A DNA stretch of 64,000 nt. Origin: Octopus vulgaris (lineage: Eukaryota). This document shows positions 39,701 through 53,291 of the stretch, in pieces; the first letter of the stretch is position 1; each line of letters begins with the position of its first letter. The translations under genes were made by a program, and so were the position numbers. Below the pieces are notes generated by a model that saw only the letters and a program-made list of their open reading frames with translations, did not search any database and was not told where the DNA came from. The stretch is from the NCBI GenBank assembly GCA_951406725.2, contig OX597815.1, positions 95,976,001-96,040,000 on the forward strand. The letters are read 5' to 3'.

Positions 39701-40359
39701 GTATACTACAGAGTCTATAAAACTTTATCCACTCTCTATATTGAGGATTCCTTGATATCTTTACTAGACATAGTACAAACGTATCCGCGGATTTTAAGAG
39801 TTAAAATGCGTACGACAGCAATACCCACTACGAAGAATTTGAAGTAAAATAATGTTTGTATGATGTAAAAATATATTTAGTCTTACAAATGCTTAAACAA
39901 CAAAAATAACAAGTACCCCACAAGGGGTTAAGCAATTGAAGAAATTTGCTTCATTGATATGGCATGCGAATGAAAAACTTTCTAGAAGAGATTGTGGAAG
40001 AAACAGTCATACGGTGACACGTGCAACACAGCTGAAAAAGGGTAGCTGAAATACGCAAGAACTCGGATCAATATGCATGCTATTTTTTACTAAATATTAT
40101 TAATTTAATTTACTTTTTGCAACATTCCTCTTTAGATGTCTTCCATGAATGTTCTCACTGATCAGAGTAAACAAGTTTCTGATATGCACCCATTCCCAGA
40201 TTAATCACTAACTGTCAATTGTTTATTCTGAAACGATTCCTCACTAAATATCTTATTAAATATGGATGTAATAACTCTAAATACTTGTTTAAGTCATCCA
40301 TCATAGTGAAACTCAATGTTACATAAATTGGATTAAATAAATCACTTATAACAACATAA

Positions 40360-41326
40360 GAATATCAATCGCTCGATTATTTCTGTATTTGTGCAAATTC
40401 TCATCCGCGAATGAAGCGTTCCTCACACTAATTAAAAATCATTGAATATTTTCGCACGTTTATAAGTTCATTTTCAAGTAAAACTTAAAAGGACGGGATA
40501 AAGAAGTCGTGCTTTTAGTAGGACGTAATTTTTATAACGGAAAGTAAAATATTTACTTATATACATTATTATTTATAATGAAGAACAACTGAATCAATAA
40601 TTTTTCAACAATTGCATTTATTTTGTATCACCTCCGTTTTGTTATATACTGAAAAATATATTCTCCTTTTCATATATTCTATAAATTTTTGCAGTAAAAT
40701 TGTTACACCTACTTCGGTTTTATACATTTTACACAGTGGAACGGAGGTAAGGAGTTTGAAATCAAACAAGAATGGGATCACCAAGCAAACGATAAGAGAG
40801 GTAAAAACAGAAAATAAGAGGCACATTAAGATAAACCACCGAATGGAAAGATGCAAAATACCACAATACCACGGGTGGGATATAGAAGTTCAATTAATAC
40901 TAGAAACTCTTTTGGGAGAAAAGTCTTTGGAATAACATGCAGGAAGAGCAGAGTGAGGAACAGTAGGAAGGCCTTAGAATAAGGAAACTATATGATGAGA
41001 ACTCATGAAGAAAAACACTTCTTCTGCTTCAGAAGTGTTCATTGAAGACATAGTGATTGAAGCTCTGAATGCAATATTTTGTAGCTGTTCAACATCTAAT
41101 AATTAGATCCTACACATGATTCAGATATAAGCCACTATACATTTGCTATAGCGATACGAATATCAATCGTTCAATTATTTTTGTATTTGTGCAAATTCTC
41201 ATCCACTAAAGAAGTGTTCCTCACACTAATTAAAATTATTGAGAATTTTCGTACGTTTATATTTTCATTTATAAGTACAACTTAAAATGACTGGATAAAG
41301 GCGTCGTGCTTTTGTTAGGACGTAAT
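40360..41326 (+). repeat. Pair of ~168-bp diverged direct repeats (40360-40529 and 41158-41326)
   Basis: Both read GAATATCAATCG..TGTATTTGTGCAAATTCTCATCC..TTCCTCACACTAATTAAAA..GTCGTGCTTT..TAGGACGTAAT. Confidence 0.9.
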
Positions 41327-42472
41327 GTTGCTTCTCTTCAGTATTATCCAGACGAACTCAAATACTTTCTCATGAATAATAAAGGAAGTAATTATTTCAG
41401 GAAGAAAATCTGAACTCATAACTGAGCCATTCTCTCAAATCGTATCATTTGTGCAAAACAGGTGCAACTTTAAGAAAACAAAAAGAAAGGAAGCATTCTT
41501 TTAGGGACTGTTATAGCATCCTTCTTTTATGTTGTACTCTACAAATGATTGCCGCAGACATAACTATATTCAAACAACTGATGCCAATGAAGTATCACAA
41601 CATAGCACAGATTCACCTCGAAATACAGAATATTTCTTTTATGAGGTGAAAATAATAATATACAAAGCAAATTTTCACAATCTGTGTATTGAATTCTATA
41701 GAAAACATATACGACTTTGTAGATGTGGAAGATGTGACTGTACATTAAGAGAAAATAAAAAAGTTCCTATCAATGTAAACTGCGCATCAGACGTGGCCCT
41801 GATACCTGTAAATGAAAATCTCCAAACCAAAAATGTCCCCACTCTCTCTGTTGGAGAAAATGGAGGTTCTCTACAAAATAATAAATTAATACTTATTTAT
41901 GTAGGAATAGCATCACCAAAAGTATCTCGTATTTATCAAGTCACACATCCGCATAGCTGTATTCGGATTTGTAAAGATGAGATAACGCAGCAGATTGAAG
42001 AAAGATGCATGCGTGTCAAAATAAATAGACAATACAAGTATTATATAGTTATATTCTTGTCTAAAGGTAGTTTCTGTACCATTCACATACCACGTAAGCT
42101 TTCTCAGTAACGTGTACTCATAGCGTGCATAAAGTCTGAAGGGGATGCTTTAAAATTTTTAAGAAGAAAACACCCACGATTGAACAATATAGACATAATG
42201 GCTCATTTTGAAACTAGCAAATTACCTTATTATATTCTATATTTTCTATTGTATTATTTCCCATATTGAATATGCCAACTGGTATAAAACGGCTGTGATC
42301 TGGCGGAATCATTACAACGCTGGATAAAATGCTTTGTAGTATTTCTTTCGACATATGCCAGAGTATGGTATGTCCTAGAAACAGCTGTAAGACTTTGAAT
42401 TTTTTCCATAATAATAATGTATATGGCTTGAGATGTTTGCTTTGCCTTAACGTTTGATGCCCTCTTTAGCAG

Positions 42473-42538
<66 letters not shown>

Positions 42539-43227
42539 GTGTGTGTGTCTCTGTGTGTGTGTGTATAAATCTCATTTGTCTACATGTAATTTCGTATTAT
42601 ATATTGTTATATTGAATATAAAGGTAAGTTTCAATTATAAATGTATGAGCATACGCATTGAGTTCTTTGAAACTTAGGACGACATATAATGAATTGCACA
42701 CTTGACGTTATGATACCGAAAATAATTATTATTAAAATAATGAAAGACAAATGAGAAAATTTACTATAATCCGTATATAGTTATGTAATATTGATTAGTG
42801 AAGTAAATTGTTAAAATTTATCTGAACATTAAAAGTATACGTCTCGCTAACATCATTTATTTCTACTGTCACAAGATTTTATTCCTCTTCAACATATAAA
42901 TTATATAGAATTACGTAGAAGCAATTATACAGCTAAGATCAATCGATTCCCGCCAATTATCTTATATCGTATGGCTTTGAGTCCATCATATTATTAAATA
43001 ATTCTTGTAAATATTTATAATAGTTTGGAAGTGTTTAATCGTTTCACGTGTGTAATAATCCGCAGCGAATAGTGAATACCACACTGTACAATGTAGAGAG
43101 AATAATATGCAAGGTGGTACTGTATATGTTAACTTTAGCTATGTATAGATTGTAGTAGATGGACAAAAGGGGAAGATATAAAACGCAAGGTGCAACGATT
43201 TATTTCCAAGTTTTAACAAGCTAATAG

Positions 43228-43332
<105 letters not shown>

Positions 43333-43895
43333 TAAAGATTATATGCAAACATAAGGTGGCAGTCTTGGTTAGGACGATTGATACTGTTATTTAGCCCCAG
43401 GGAGCATCGTGTCCAGATGGCTATACGGCATTAGCGAAACCAAATTCAGACGGATAGTGATTTAATCGATGCTATTTAGCGAGCAGGAAGAGAAAAGCTG
43501 ATATAAAAAATACAAAGTAACTAAATACCCCCTTCTATTTTCGAACAGGAGAGTCTAGTCTCCACTCTCAGCTCCACGGAATATCTGTGTACTAATGCTC
43601 GCTAGTTTATTTATCTTCATCAGCACAGAATAACAACTCTGCAAGAGATGACGCCTCCAAACTCTTCTTCGTAATAAATATTTTTCAAAGTGACACTCAG
43701 TCACTGATCTAATGAATAGAAAGTTATTATTCTTAAATATCTGAAAGAGAGATATTATTCTAGAGGCGATGTTTTTTGAGGCTAAATAACAGTAACAATC
43801 CTCCTAAACAGGACTGCCTTATTATGTTGTTAAATAATAGTTACTCTAGCGTGCTGTTACTGAATGTCTCCGTTCAGAGATTTAGAAGTAATATT

Positions 43896-43943
<48 letters not shown>

Positions 43944-44329
43944 CACACACACATATATATATATATATACAACTTATAAATAAGTGCAAGAGAAAATTAT
44001 TTGCATGGCAATATGCTGATAACAGACTTTTAAATCGTCAATTTCCACATATTATATACCCGCTACAGACATACGTGGTGCTGAAATCGAAGAAAGCTAG
44101 CCAAGGTACGTTATTTCTATATTAGTAGTAGATTTATTACTATTCGCTATAGGGACTGGTAACCACTATAAGCTGTGGTGGAGAAAGTTCACACGTGTGC
44201 TGAGGCTAGCTAAAGGATTTTATATTTAGATATATCTGGGGTACTTATGTTTACTCATGACTTTTGCTTTGGCTTTTTTTTCCATGGGCGCATGTAAGTA
44301 TTTCATTTATTTCTATTAGTATTTTCTAC

Positions 44330-44808
44330 TAGGAAAAAAATGGATATTATTATAAAAGATCAGACAAAAGAGTGTTTATTAGTTGACATGTGTATTCCTT
44401 GCGATCACAATATAGTGGCGAAAGAATTTGACAAGATCAGTAAATATAAAGACTTGCTAATAGAAGTTGGAAAAATGTATCACCTCGAGGCGACTACAGT
44501 ACCAGTGATTGTAGGATCTCTAGGAATGGTATAAAAGATACTGAAACCTATTTGAAAATGATACCAGGCTTACCATCCCTACAGGAAGTGCAAATAATCG
44601 TGTTAACTGGAAAAACTCATGTACTGCGAAGAGCATTATCGCTGTAAAAACAACATCCTTTCATGAATTCATTTATTTATTAATTCTCTAAATACATATT
44701 TTACCTGTGAATTTGCGTGTGTAATCTGGGAATGCATGCAATGAGCTTCTCTGCCCTAGGTGTACGGAAAACATTCGGCGAGAAACGGAAGAAGATTTCA
44801 CGAAGGAA
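44330..44808 (+). mobile_element. R4/Dong-clade LINE 3' fragment, third family
   Basis: DIIIKD..CLLVDMCIP..KISKYKDL..PVIVGSLG..HVLRRALSL*, then a 3' UTR ending in (TAA)n. Confidence 0.8.
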
Positions 44809-44846
<38 letters not shown>

Positions 44847-44874
44847 TAATAATAATAAAAATAATAATAATAAT

Positions 44875-46363
44875 AAAACCAATGAAATAAAAGAATTAGA
44901 CCAAAGCCAAACTTACAAATACTTAGGAATCCATGAACTAGATAAGACACAACACACACAAATGAAAGAGAAAATAAAAAAAGAATATTATAGACGAGTT
45001 AGATCAATACTAAAAACAGAGCTCAATGCTAAAAACAAGATACTAGGTATCAACACTTTAGCTGTCCCAGTTATAAGTTACAGCTACAATATCCTTAACT
45101 GGACACGAAATGAACTGTCCAAAATAGATAGGAAAACAAGAAAAATACTGACAGGATCTAGGATGCATCACCCAAAATCTGACATAGAAAGACTATATAT
45201 ACAACGTATAGAAGGTGGTAGAGGCCTTATACAGCTGGAAAACTACTATAAAATAACCACCATAGGACTGCAAAAATACCTACTTCAGAAGGAAGGAAAA
45301 CTGATCCAGATAGCAGCAAAACACGAGCAAAACAAAAAACTGTTCTCAGTATTTAAGGAAGCTGACAAATACAAACAAGAAATCATACCACCTAATAAAC
45401 ACAAAGAAGAAGAAGAAGATGATGAAGAAACAACAAAAGCTATAAAACAAATGAAATCCAAACTAAAAATAGAACAGCAACGAGCCATGATAAAACGACG
45501 GCAAGAAAAGCCCCTTCATGGTAAATACTGCACTAAACTAAACACGAAAGAAATAGACAAAGAAAAATCCCAGCAATGGTTGAGAAGCTCAGGACTCAAA
45601 GCAGAAACAGAGGGATTTTTAATTGCAGCACAAGACCAAAGCCTCCCCACCAGAAATTACCAAAAACATGTAATGAAAAGAAATATTACAAGTAACTGCA
45701 GAATATGTGGAGATGGACAAGAAACAATAAATCATATTATCTCTAGCTGCCCAGTCCTGGCTAAGAAGGAATATATTCACAGACATGACAGAGTTGGAAC
45801 CTACATACATTGGAAGCTATGCCAACATTATGGAATAGCAACAGAAAAAAGATGGTATAGACACACACCAGAAAAGGTCACAGAAAACGAGAAAGCAACC
45901 ATACTCTGGGATATGCCGATACACACAGATAGAGAAATTAAGGCCAACAGACCAGATATAGTTGTCAGAGATCATGAAGAAAAAAAATGCTTTCTAATTG
46001 ATGTATCAATACCGGCCGATGACAACGTGTCTCTAAAAGAAATGGAGAAACTCTCAAAATACAAAGACCTGGAAATAGAGGTAACTAGAATGTGGAACCT
46101 GAAAACAGAAACAATTCCTATCATAGTAGGCGCATTAGGCATGATAAAAAAATATTCAGACAAATACATAACAAAAACACCAGGACTTACAAACACATAT
46201 AACATACAGAAAATTGCACTACTAGGCACTGCACACATCCTACGCAGAACACTTTCCATACAATAACCATCAGAGCATCACAACAAATCACAGCACATAC
46301 CCAAGGCACACAGAGCTGCGCTCGGTAGTGAAGTGAAAGCACGCTATAAAAATAAAACTACTG
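44875..46363 (+). mobile_element. Young 5'-truncated R4/Dong LINE inserted in (TAA)n
   Basis: Starts at the RT motif YKYLGI, frame uninterrupted to the stop, ~100-bp 3' UTR, (TAA)n on both sides. Confidence 0.95.
44962..46266 (+). CDS. C-terminal part of R4/Dong ORF: RT thumb, CCHC zinc knuckle, PD-(D/E)xK restriction-like endonuclease
   Basis: 434-aa open frame with GGRGL, CRICGDGQETINHIISSC, RHD, RPD, LIDVSIP, KLSKY; retroelement-derived and probably not expressed as such. Confidence 0.85.
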   Translation: MKEKIKKEYYRRVRSILKTELNAKNKILGINTLAVPVISYSYNILNWTRNELSKIDRKTRKILTGSRMHHPKSDIERLYIQRIEGGRGLIQLENYYKITTIGLQKYLLQKEGKLIQIAAKHEQNKKLFSVFKEADKYKQEIIPPNKHKEEEEDDEETTKAIKQMKSKLKIEQQRAMIKRRQEKPLHGKYCTKLNTKEIDKEKSQQWLRSSGLKAETEGFLIAAQDQSLPTRNYQKHVMKRNITSNCRICGDGQETINHIISSCPVLAKKEYIHRHDRVGTYIHWKLCQHYGIATEKRWYRHTPEKVTENEKATILWDMPIHTDREIKANRPDIVVRDHEEKKCFLIDVSIPADDNVSLKEMEKLSKYKDLEIEVTRMWNLKTETIPIIVGALGMIKKYSDKYITKTPGLTNTYNIQKIALLGTAHILRRTLSIQ

Positions 46364-46393
46364 AATAATAATAATAATAATAATAATATTAAC

Positions 46394-46462
<69 letters not shown>

Positions 46463-46744
46463 AAGAAGAAGAAGAAGAAGAAGAAGAAGAAGAAGAAGAA
46501 GAAGAAGAAGAAGAGAGAGAAGAAGAAGAAGAAGAAGAAGAAGAAGAAGAAAGAAGAAGAAGAAGAGGAAGAAGAAGACGAAGAAGAAGAAGAAGAGGAA
46601 GAAGAAGAAGAAGACGAAGAAGAAGAAGAAGAAGAAGAAGAAGAAGAAGAAGAAGAAGAAGAAGAAGACGAAGAAGAAGAAGAAGAAGAAGTCGAAGAAG
46701 AAGAAGAAGAAGAAGAAGAAGAAGAAGAAGAAGAAGAAGAAGAA
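46364..46744. repeat. Compound (TAA)n-(GAA)n microsatellite
   Basis: ~70 bp of TAA repeat followed by ~310 bp of GAA repeat. Confidence 0.95.
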
Positions 46745-47222
46745 ATTGTCTTGGTATAAAAGATGGGCTACAGCAAATATTCTGCTCAATAACACAGATT
46801 TACTTGTCAGTTGTTTGACTATAACCATTTGGGCATCTCCCTTAGTGGCTGACGATATGTGCATCTCTGATCATGAGCAGAAGTAGTGGGGGAGCATCAT
46901 AGCCGTGTGTTGAAAGGAATTCTTAGAGGTTTGGAAAATTCACGTTTGGAAACATGGGTAGTTCGTTCAACATCCTTAAACTATCCTAATTCAGGGACCT
47001 TTTGAGCAGGATGGGCTATTCGGCTGGAAGAAAATTCTAACTGGGCCCCACCTGCAAGGACATGTGCTGTTTATCTTGATATGAGAGCACCATGTTGTGC
47101 ACATATGGTTGTGATGCATGTGCCTAGTCTACTCTTATGAGACGGGTAGTTATGATGGGTATACTGGGCTTCATATATTTTACCCCAGTGTCACTTTGAT
47201 GGCATGCACTGCTCTCTCACTC
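46745..47222 (+). mobile_element. Probable retroelement 3' UTR / interspersed repeat ending in (TAA)n
   Basis: GC-richer non-coding block bounded by trinucleotide repeats; family not assigned. Confidence 0.4.
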
Positions 47223-47362
47223 AATAATAATAATAATGATGATAATAATAATAATAATAATAATAAGAAGAAGAAGAACAATAATAATAATAATAATAAT
47301 AATTATTATTATTATTATTATTATTATTATCATCATTATTATTATCATTATTATTATCATCA

Positions 47363-47408
<46 letters not shown>

Positions 47409-47510
47409 CATATATATATATATATATATATAGATAGATAGATAGATATATAGATATATACATTTTATGTATATATATAAGTATATATATATATATGTGT
47501 GTGTGTGTCC

Positions 47511-47554
<44 letters not shown>

Positions 47555-47556
<2 letters not shown>

Positions 47557-47763
47557 TATATTGAGGGTACTACTATTCATAGATACCGCACGCTTAGAGG
47601 GACCAATGCGGTCAAAACTACTAAAATATACAAAATTTTACCGAATGCAAAACTTCAAAGCAAGTCATTTAAAAAAAATGCATTCTATGTTCATCAGTGC
47701 AACAAACTGAAGACATATAAGAAAAAACACAACGTTACAAACCCGATAGCCAACCGTAGAATT
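47555..47763 (+). repeat. Interspersed repeat homologous to the 25.7-26.1 kb palindrome arm
   Basis: GAGGGTACTACTATTCATAGATACCGCACGC...ACCGAATGCAAAACTTCAAAGCAAGTCATTT...ACCGTAGAATT; starts in (TA)n, as does the 26.1-kb copy. Confidence 0.85.
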
Positions 47764-48697
47764 CGTCGTAGCATGTACGAATGTTTATCTTTACATATCT
47801 ATGAAAATGGTGGGCTTATTCGCAATGCATTTCGGTGACAAGTTGCTTACTCGGAACAAAAATTCAGTAGTGAACTATTCCGGTGAAAAATATAAATATA
47901 AATTATCTATGGTGAGCAGTCGCCAGATTTGATTCCATATGGGGTACCTCTGATGACTGTAGGCTTATATATTCAGGGGCTTACGTAGCAGTCCGTTGTA
48001 CCCCTAACGCGAAACCGATTGGTAAGATCATATTGTACATACATTTATGAATACATATATTTATATATGTGTGCATATACAACAATCTGTTTATTTATAT
48101 CTACACACACACGCGCATGCACGCACGAACGCACACACACACACACACGAGGTGTGCATGAAGTTTGTACGGAATCATATACTCATGTATATAGAAGTGT
48201 GTATTCGTCAGTTAAATATAATTACGTGAATGGGAATAGTTTCAAATGCATAAAGATCTGCAAATGAAGACCACAACGAGAGACAAATACATCATTATTT
48301 GTCGATAATAAAGCTATTGTATTTATAAAGAAATATATTATTTTCCAGTGTTTGTATTGGCGGAAACGGCAAAATAAATGTTTGACTAATGAGAACAAAA
48401 TACTCTTCATACATAATTAGAAAACTACTAAATTTAAATATGAGAGATGCTAGTTTAAATGCACCTAATCAAAAATACGTAGACTATTTAAGTAATCCTG
48501 TATATGTAAAAGGCAGCAGAAAAAAACCCAGAAAAGTAACAACACCGAACGACAAGAAATATAATTGGGCTCTTACTCCGGAGTTATATTTTCATGAAAT
48601 GAGAAATTTCGTTTGAATTAGTAACTCTTGGGTGGCAATATCTGAGCATTTATTAAGGGAGGGAGTTGGCAGAAACGTTAGCACGACGGGCAAAATA

Positions 48698-49942
48698 TCA
48701 AGTCATCCCATGGGCTCTGTCCGAATTTTTAATGAAGAAAACAAGTAATCAAATGTTATATTTAATTGAAATTTAATCATCAAAGTACTTTCCTTGATTA
48801 TCTATCACTTCCTTCCCATCGATGTAAAACTCTTTTGATTTCAAAGCGAAGAACTCTGAAATGTCAGTTTCGACCTCCTCCTGGCTTGCAAAAGTTATGT
48901 CCCCAGAATCATTTAGTAAACTACGAAACAAATGGTTGTCTGAAGGAGCATGGTCAGGAGAATAAGGTGAATGAGGAATTTTTTCCCAGCCAAGCTCTTC
49001 GATTTTCTGTAATGCCATCTTTGCAGTGAGGGGTCGCCCATTGTCCTGATGAAACAACACTCCTTTTCGATTCAGTAAAGCGGGTCTTTTATCTTCAAAT
49101 CTTGGTTCAAACGCTCTAATTGCAGACAGTAGACTTGAGCATAGATTGTTGCATTAGGCGGCAGTAACGATTCAAAGTAAATTACTCCTTTGCAATCCTA
49201 CCAGATAGAGAGAAGAACCTTTTTCCCATGAATTTCCCTTCTCGGTTGTGGTTGAGCTTTTTCCTTTTTACCAAGCCACTGTCTCCAACGATAAACATTT
49301 TGATAGAAGATCCATATTTCGTCACCATTCACAAGTTTATCCAAAAAGGGTGAAATGAGTTCGCGAGAATGGAGAGAAAAGCAGATGTCAACTCGGGATT
49401 TGTGGTTGCTTTCGGACAATACATGAGGCACCCATTTTTCAAATTTAGGAAACTTTCCAAGTTGTTGAAGTTGATGAACAGTTGTATGGTTTGAACTAAG
49501 CTTTATTGCCAATTCTTCAACTGATAATGCTGGATTTTCTTCCGGTTATTCCTCAATCCTCAAGGAGCTTATCATCAAACTCAACTTGATGTCCTGTTCT
49601 ATCTTCATCTTCAAGGGCGAAATCTCCACTTCTGAATTTTGCAATTCATCTTCTGCAAGTTCTTTCATTCAAGCATATTTTCCCATAAAGTAAGTGAACG
49701 TTTCGACTCGCTTCGCTTGCAGAATTTCCTTTTTGTACTCATGTGCCTTAAATGCTCTTAGAATACTTCCAAGTTAGAAAGGGTTTTAATTATATTATTC
49801 TGTAAAATAATATTTAATTAGTTTAAATGTACACAAATGCATAAAAATAAGTTTAAATTGCATTACATATTCTAAAATACTATTAATTTTCATTCAATTT
49901 TAAAAAAAAGGAAAATCGGACAGAGCTTATGGGATGATCTGA
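48698..49942 (-). mobile_element. Mariner (DD34D) element with both TIRs, degenerate, inserted in a SINE
   Basis: TIRs TCAAGTCATCCCATGGGCTCTGTCCGA / TCGGACAGAGCTTATGGGATGATCTGA with TA on both sides; WVPHVL, GDEIW, HQDNGRP, YSPDHAPSDNHLF. Confidence 0.93.
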
Positions 49943-50159
49943 TACTTAGTGGCACTTCAGCTGTTCTTCCATACTGATTTCTGTTTCCGACGTTGTTCAC
50001 ATTGTACTTCATCCTCTGGGAGTCGATAAACATATGGCAACATTGAAATAGCTGAAAAAGAATATATATATATATATATATGCATGTATGGACACTCCGT
50101 CATGTTCTCATACCTTAGGTGTGAGAATGTACGTGTGACCATATGTGGATCGGGATCCA

Positions 50160-51560
50160 GGCATAAATGACCATGCCATACGATTTCTTATAGTTGATCC
50201 ACGCCATTCCAGGTTAGTAATTCTTTGTTGCAGTCGTTCAGTACAATTCTTTCTAGCAGAAGTTGGTCTTTAGTCCCTCGACTTTTCGTTTGGCATCTTT
50301 TCTGTTCTATCAGAAAGAGTTCGTGTATTCATTTGCCGGAAGCTATACAGATAATTATATATTATTTCTGTCCTCAGTTTCTACATCAGAGGCAGGTAGG
50401 TGACAACCCGGTAATTATCCGCTGCATTGCCCTTACTGGAATCCTTTTGACAAAGGGTTGGTTTACTTGTAGTTAGCCACTTGGGATTTGTTTCCCTTTG
50501 TGGATTATTTTATCCATTTGCTTGAGGATTCTTACGTGCAGTGCTGGGAAATCTTTCGTCCGATATCCTTGTATCTCATCCAGCTTGGGCATTTTTAGTC
50601 TGGAATCTTTGTTGTCTGTTCTGGTACCATTTCAGTCATTATTCTAATATTGCTCACTCTCACTTCACATTTTCCTTTCTTAATTCCTTCCACCATTTAG
50701 CGTGTATGTTCTGCTTTCTTCCATTATCCCAGATGCTACTCCATAATCTTCTTTGTTCATCGTCTGTTTTCTCGTGCTGTAAACATTTCCATTCAGCTGT
50801 TGATAAACCATTTTCTGGTCTTCTTGGAACGATTTGTTGATTTTATTTTGTTCAATTCTTTAGTCATATCGCTTGATTATTATCGTTTTAGCCTGGAATC
50901 TTTGTTTCAGCTCTTCAAGAACTACATTTAGTCCCCTTTTTCTTTATCCTATATCTACATTCTGGTTCCTGCTATCCCCCCCTCGTGATTTCATCATTTT
51001 TCATTCTTTATAAGATGTTTATGTTTTCGTAATTCGTTCATTGATTGCTTTATTTTCCATCAAGTTTCTTTTCCTTCTTTCCCAATTTTACGTTTGGTTC
51101 GAGGCCTACTTTATTTCCTAATAGATGATGCAGGCGTTAATCAATCTATTCGTTCTGGTTATATTATGTCTTCATTTCTTATTCACCTTAAATGACCACA
51201 GTCTAAATAAAGTTCTATCTACTTTCCTGAATCCATTTATTTCCATATCCATGTTTTTCTCAATGATACTAGTAATGTCTTCGATCATTCTTTTGTCTTC
51301 CTTATTCAGCCCTTCTCTACACTCATTATAGAAGTATGTCTACACTTAAGACATTATACTTCTCCCAGGTACTATTATTATGTGCAGCATCGTCAAACTT
51401 CTCTGCATTAACTTCTGTGTCATTCCCCGTGTTATCGACCGTTACCCACTTCTTGATCTCATCGAGCACTGATACTGTTTGCCATCCTTTCTTACTTTTG
51501 CTCTTACCTGGTCATGGAGTCCCTGTTCCGTAATATCTGAGCCTTTTGTCATGCATTCTG
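50160..51560 (-). mobile_element. Degenerate R4-like LINE, N-terminal/RT region
   Basis: NYRVVT.LPLM and EQKRCQTKSRGTKDQLLL..TNL (cf. EQKG..RGTKDQLLIDK); many stops. Confidence 0.7.
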
Positions 51561-53007
51561 TAGTTCCGTCCTTATTTACGCAGTTGTTTGAGTTATATTT
51601 AGTTGATTCTGTGAGAGCGGAGCAAACTGTTGTCAGAGTTATCTGATTGATAATTATCGTGGTAAACATTCAATAGAGAATCACCAGTCACAAAGTCTTT
51701 GCTGCCAACAACAGAGCATTTTTTGGTCCTACTCTGCACTCATGTAAATTCCAATTTCTATAAGATATACCCTTTTAGCCGTAACATGTCCTAATGTAGT
51801 GCTTTGGGCACAAAGTCGTGTCTGTGTTTGTTTCTTCTTTGTTTATTATGTGCATAATGAATACTTCTTCCTATTTACTAACTCTACATTTTGGCTTGAA
51901 TAATAATTTGTCTATTTTGGCTTGAATAATATTTGTCCGCATTGACTGGCCTTCAGCAAACGTCATTAGTCCTTTCGTTATTTCTTAATAACTTCTCGAA
52001 CATATTTATCTGCGAACAGATGCAGTTATAACCTCAATAAAATATTTCCTAGCAACAATATTTAAAATCTAATGCTATTTAATATTTAGTTCATCAAATA
52101 AGTATATGAATCGGATTTTAATTGTTTATACTCTGTTACGCCGCACTAGTTTTGGAATTCCGGTACATTACGATTTGCTATTCACTCCTTATCGTAAAAT
52201 AATATTAACACTGTAAATTTGTAATTAGTATAAGGAAAACTATTACTAGACATATTCGAAAATGATAAGTATTTTCCCGCTGGTTAAACAAGTTTGTAAT
52301 CCGTGGAAGTACCTATTTATTCGCCAGTACATATTATTTGAACTTTAATGCAATATTTAAGTGTTCTTGCCATTTCATGAGAAACATCTGGAAAAATATT
52401 ACTTAAAACATTTAGCGTCAGATACCAATCAGCGTATCCAATCAACTCTCTCCTCTTTCAAAATATAATATATAGAAAAGAAGGAAATCCCTTGAACTTT
52501 TCTTGGAAAAAATAATAATAATAATAATTCCAGGCATTAATATTTGGTGTGAAAAATGTGCCTCAGTTTTAATTATGGAAGTGATACATAGCAGATAAAC
52601 CTCCTGGAAAATCACATCTCACACACAACAAATTAGGAATTCTATCGACTAGTAACATCTCACTGATTATCTGTCGGATTAATAAAGCTAGCGGAAATGC
52701 TGGACAGCCTTCAACAACTACCAGCATTACTAAAGGAAACAAAGTTCATGACGAGACTCATTGAACTAGAAAAGACAAACTATCATTAAAGGAATTAATT
52801 AAACATACAAACTATTCAATAAAACTTACAAGAACTAGCTGAAATTTAAAAAAAAAGATGACAATAACTACAAAATGAAAGCTGAAAAGAATCCGTTCTC
52901 TGTTGTAAAGAAGCACATTTTAAGTCCAACCCAAACATACCAATCAAATTAAAATAAAAATTTGATAATTAATTATCCTTCAGACGCAACCTTCTTTTAT
53001 CACAAAT

Positions 53008-53291
53008 GAACTCACCCATAAGGATAATTACCACGAGCACTCCACTATAAAGCAATGTCTCATAGAGAAACAAGAAATAAGATATTTAATAAATGCTATA
53101 AAACTGACAGAATTACACACAATAGAACAGCCTATAGAACTCACCCATAAGAATAATTACCACGAGCACTCCACTATAAAGAAATGTCTCATAGAGAAAC
53201 AAGAAATAAGATATTTAATAAATGCTATAAAACTGACAGAAATACACACATTAGAATATGTGTGTTCTAATACACATATTAGAACACACAT
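53008..53291. repeat. 129-bp-period tandem duplication ending in a perfect 15-bp hairpin
   Basis: 53008-53136 resembles 53137-53256; ATGTGTGTTCTAATA-CACA-TATTAGAACACACAT at 53258-53291. Confidence 0.9.
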
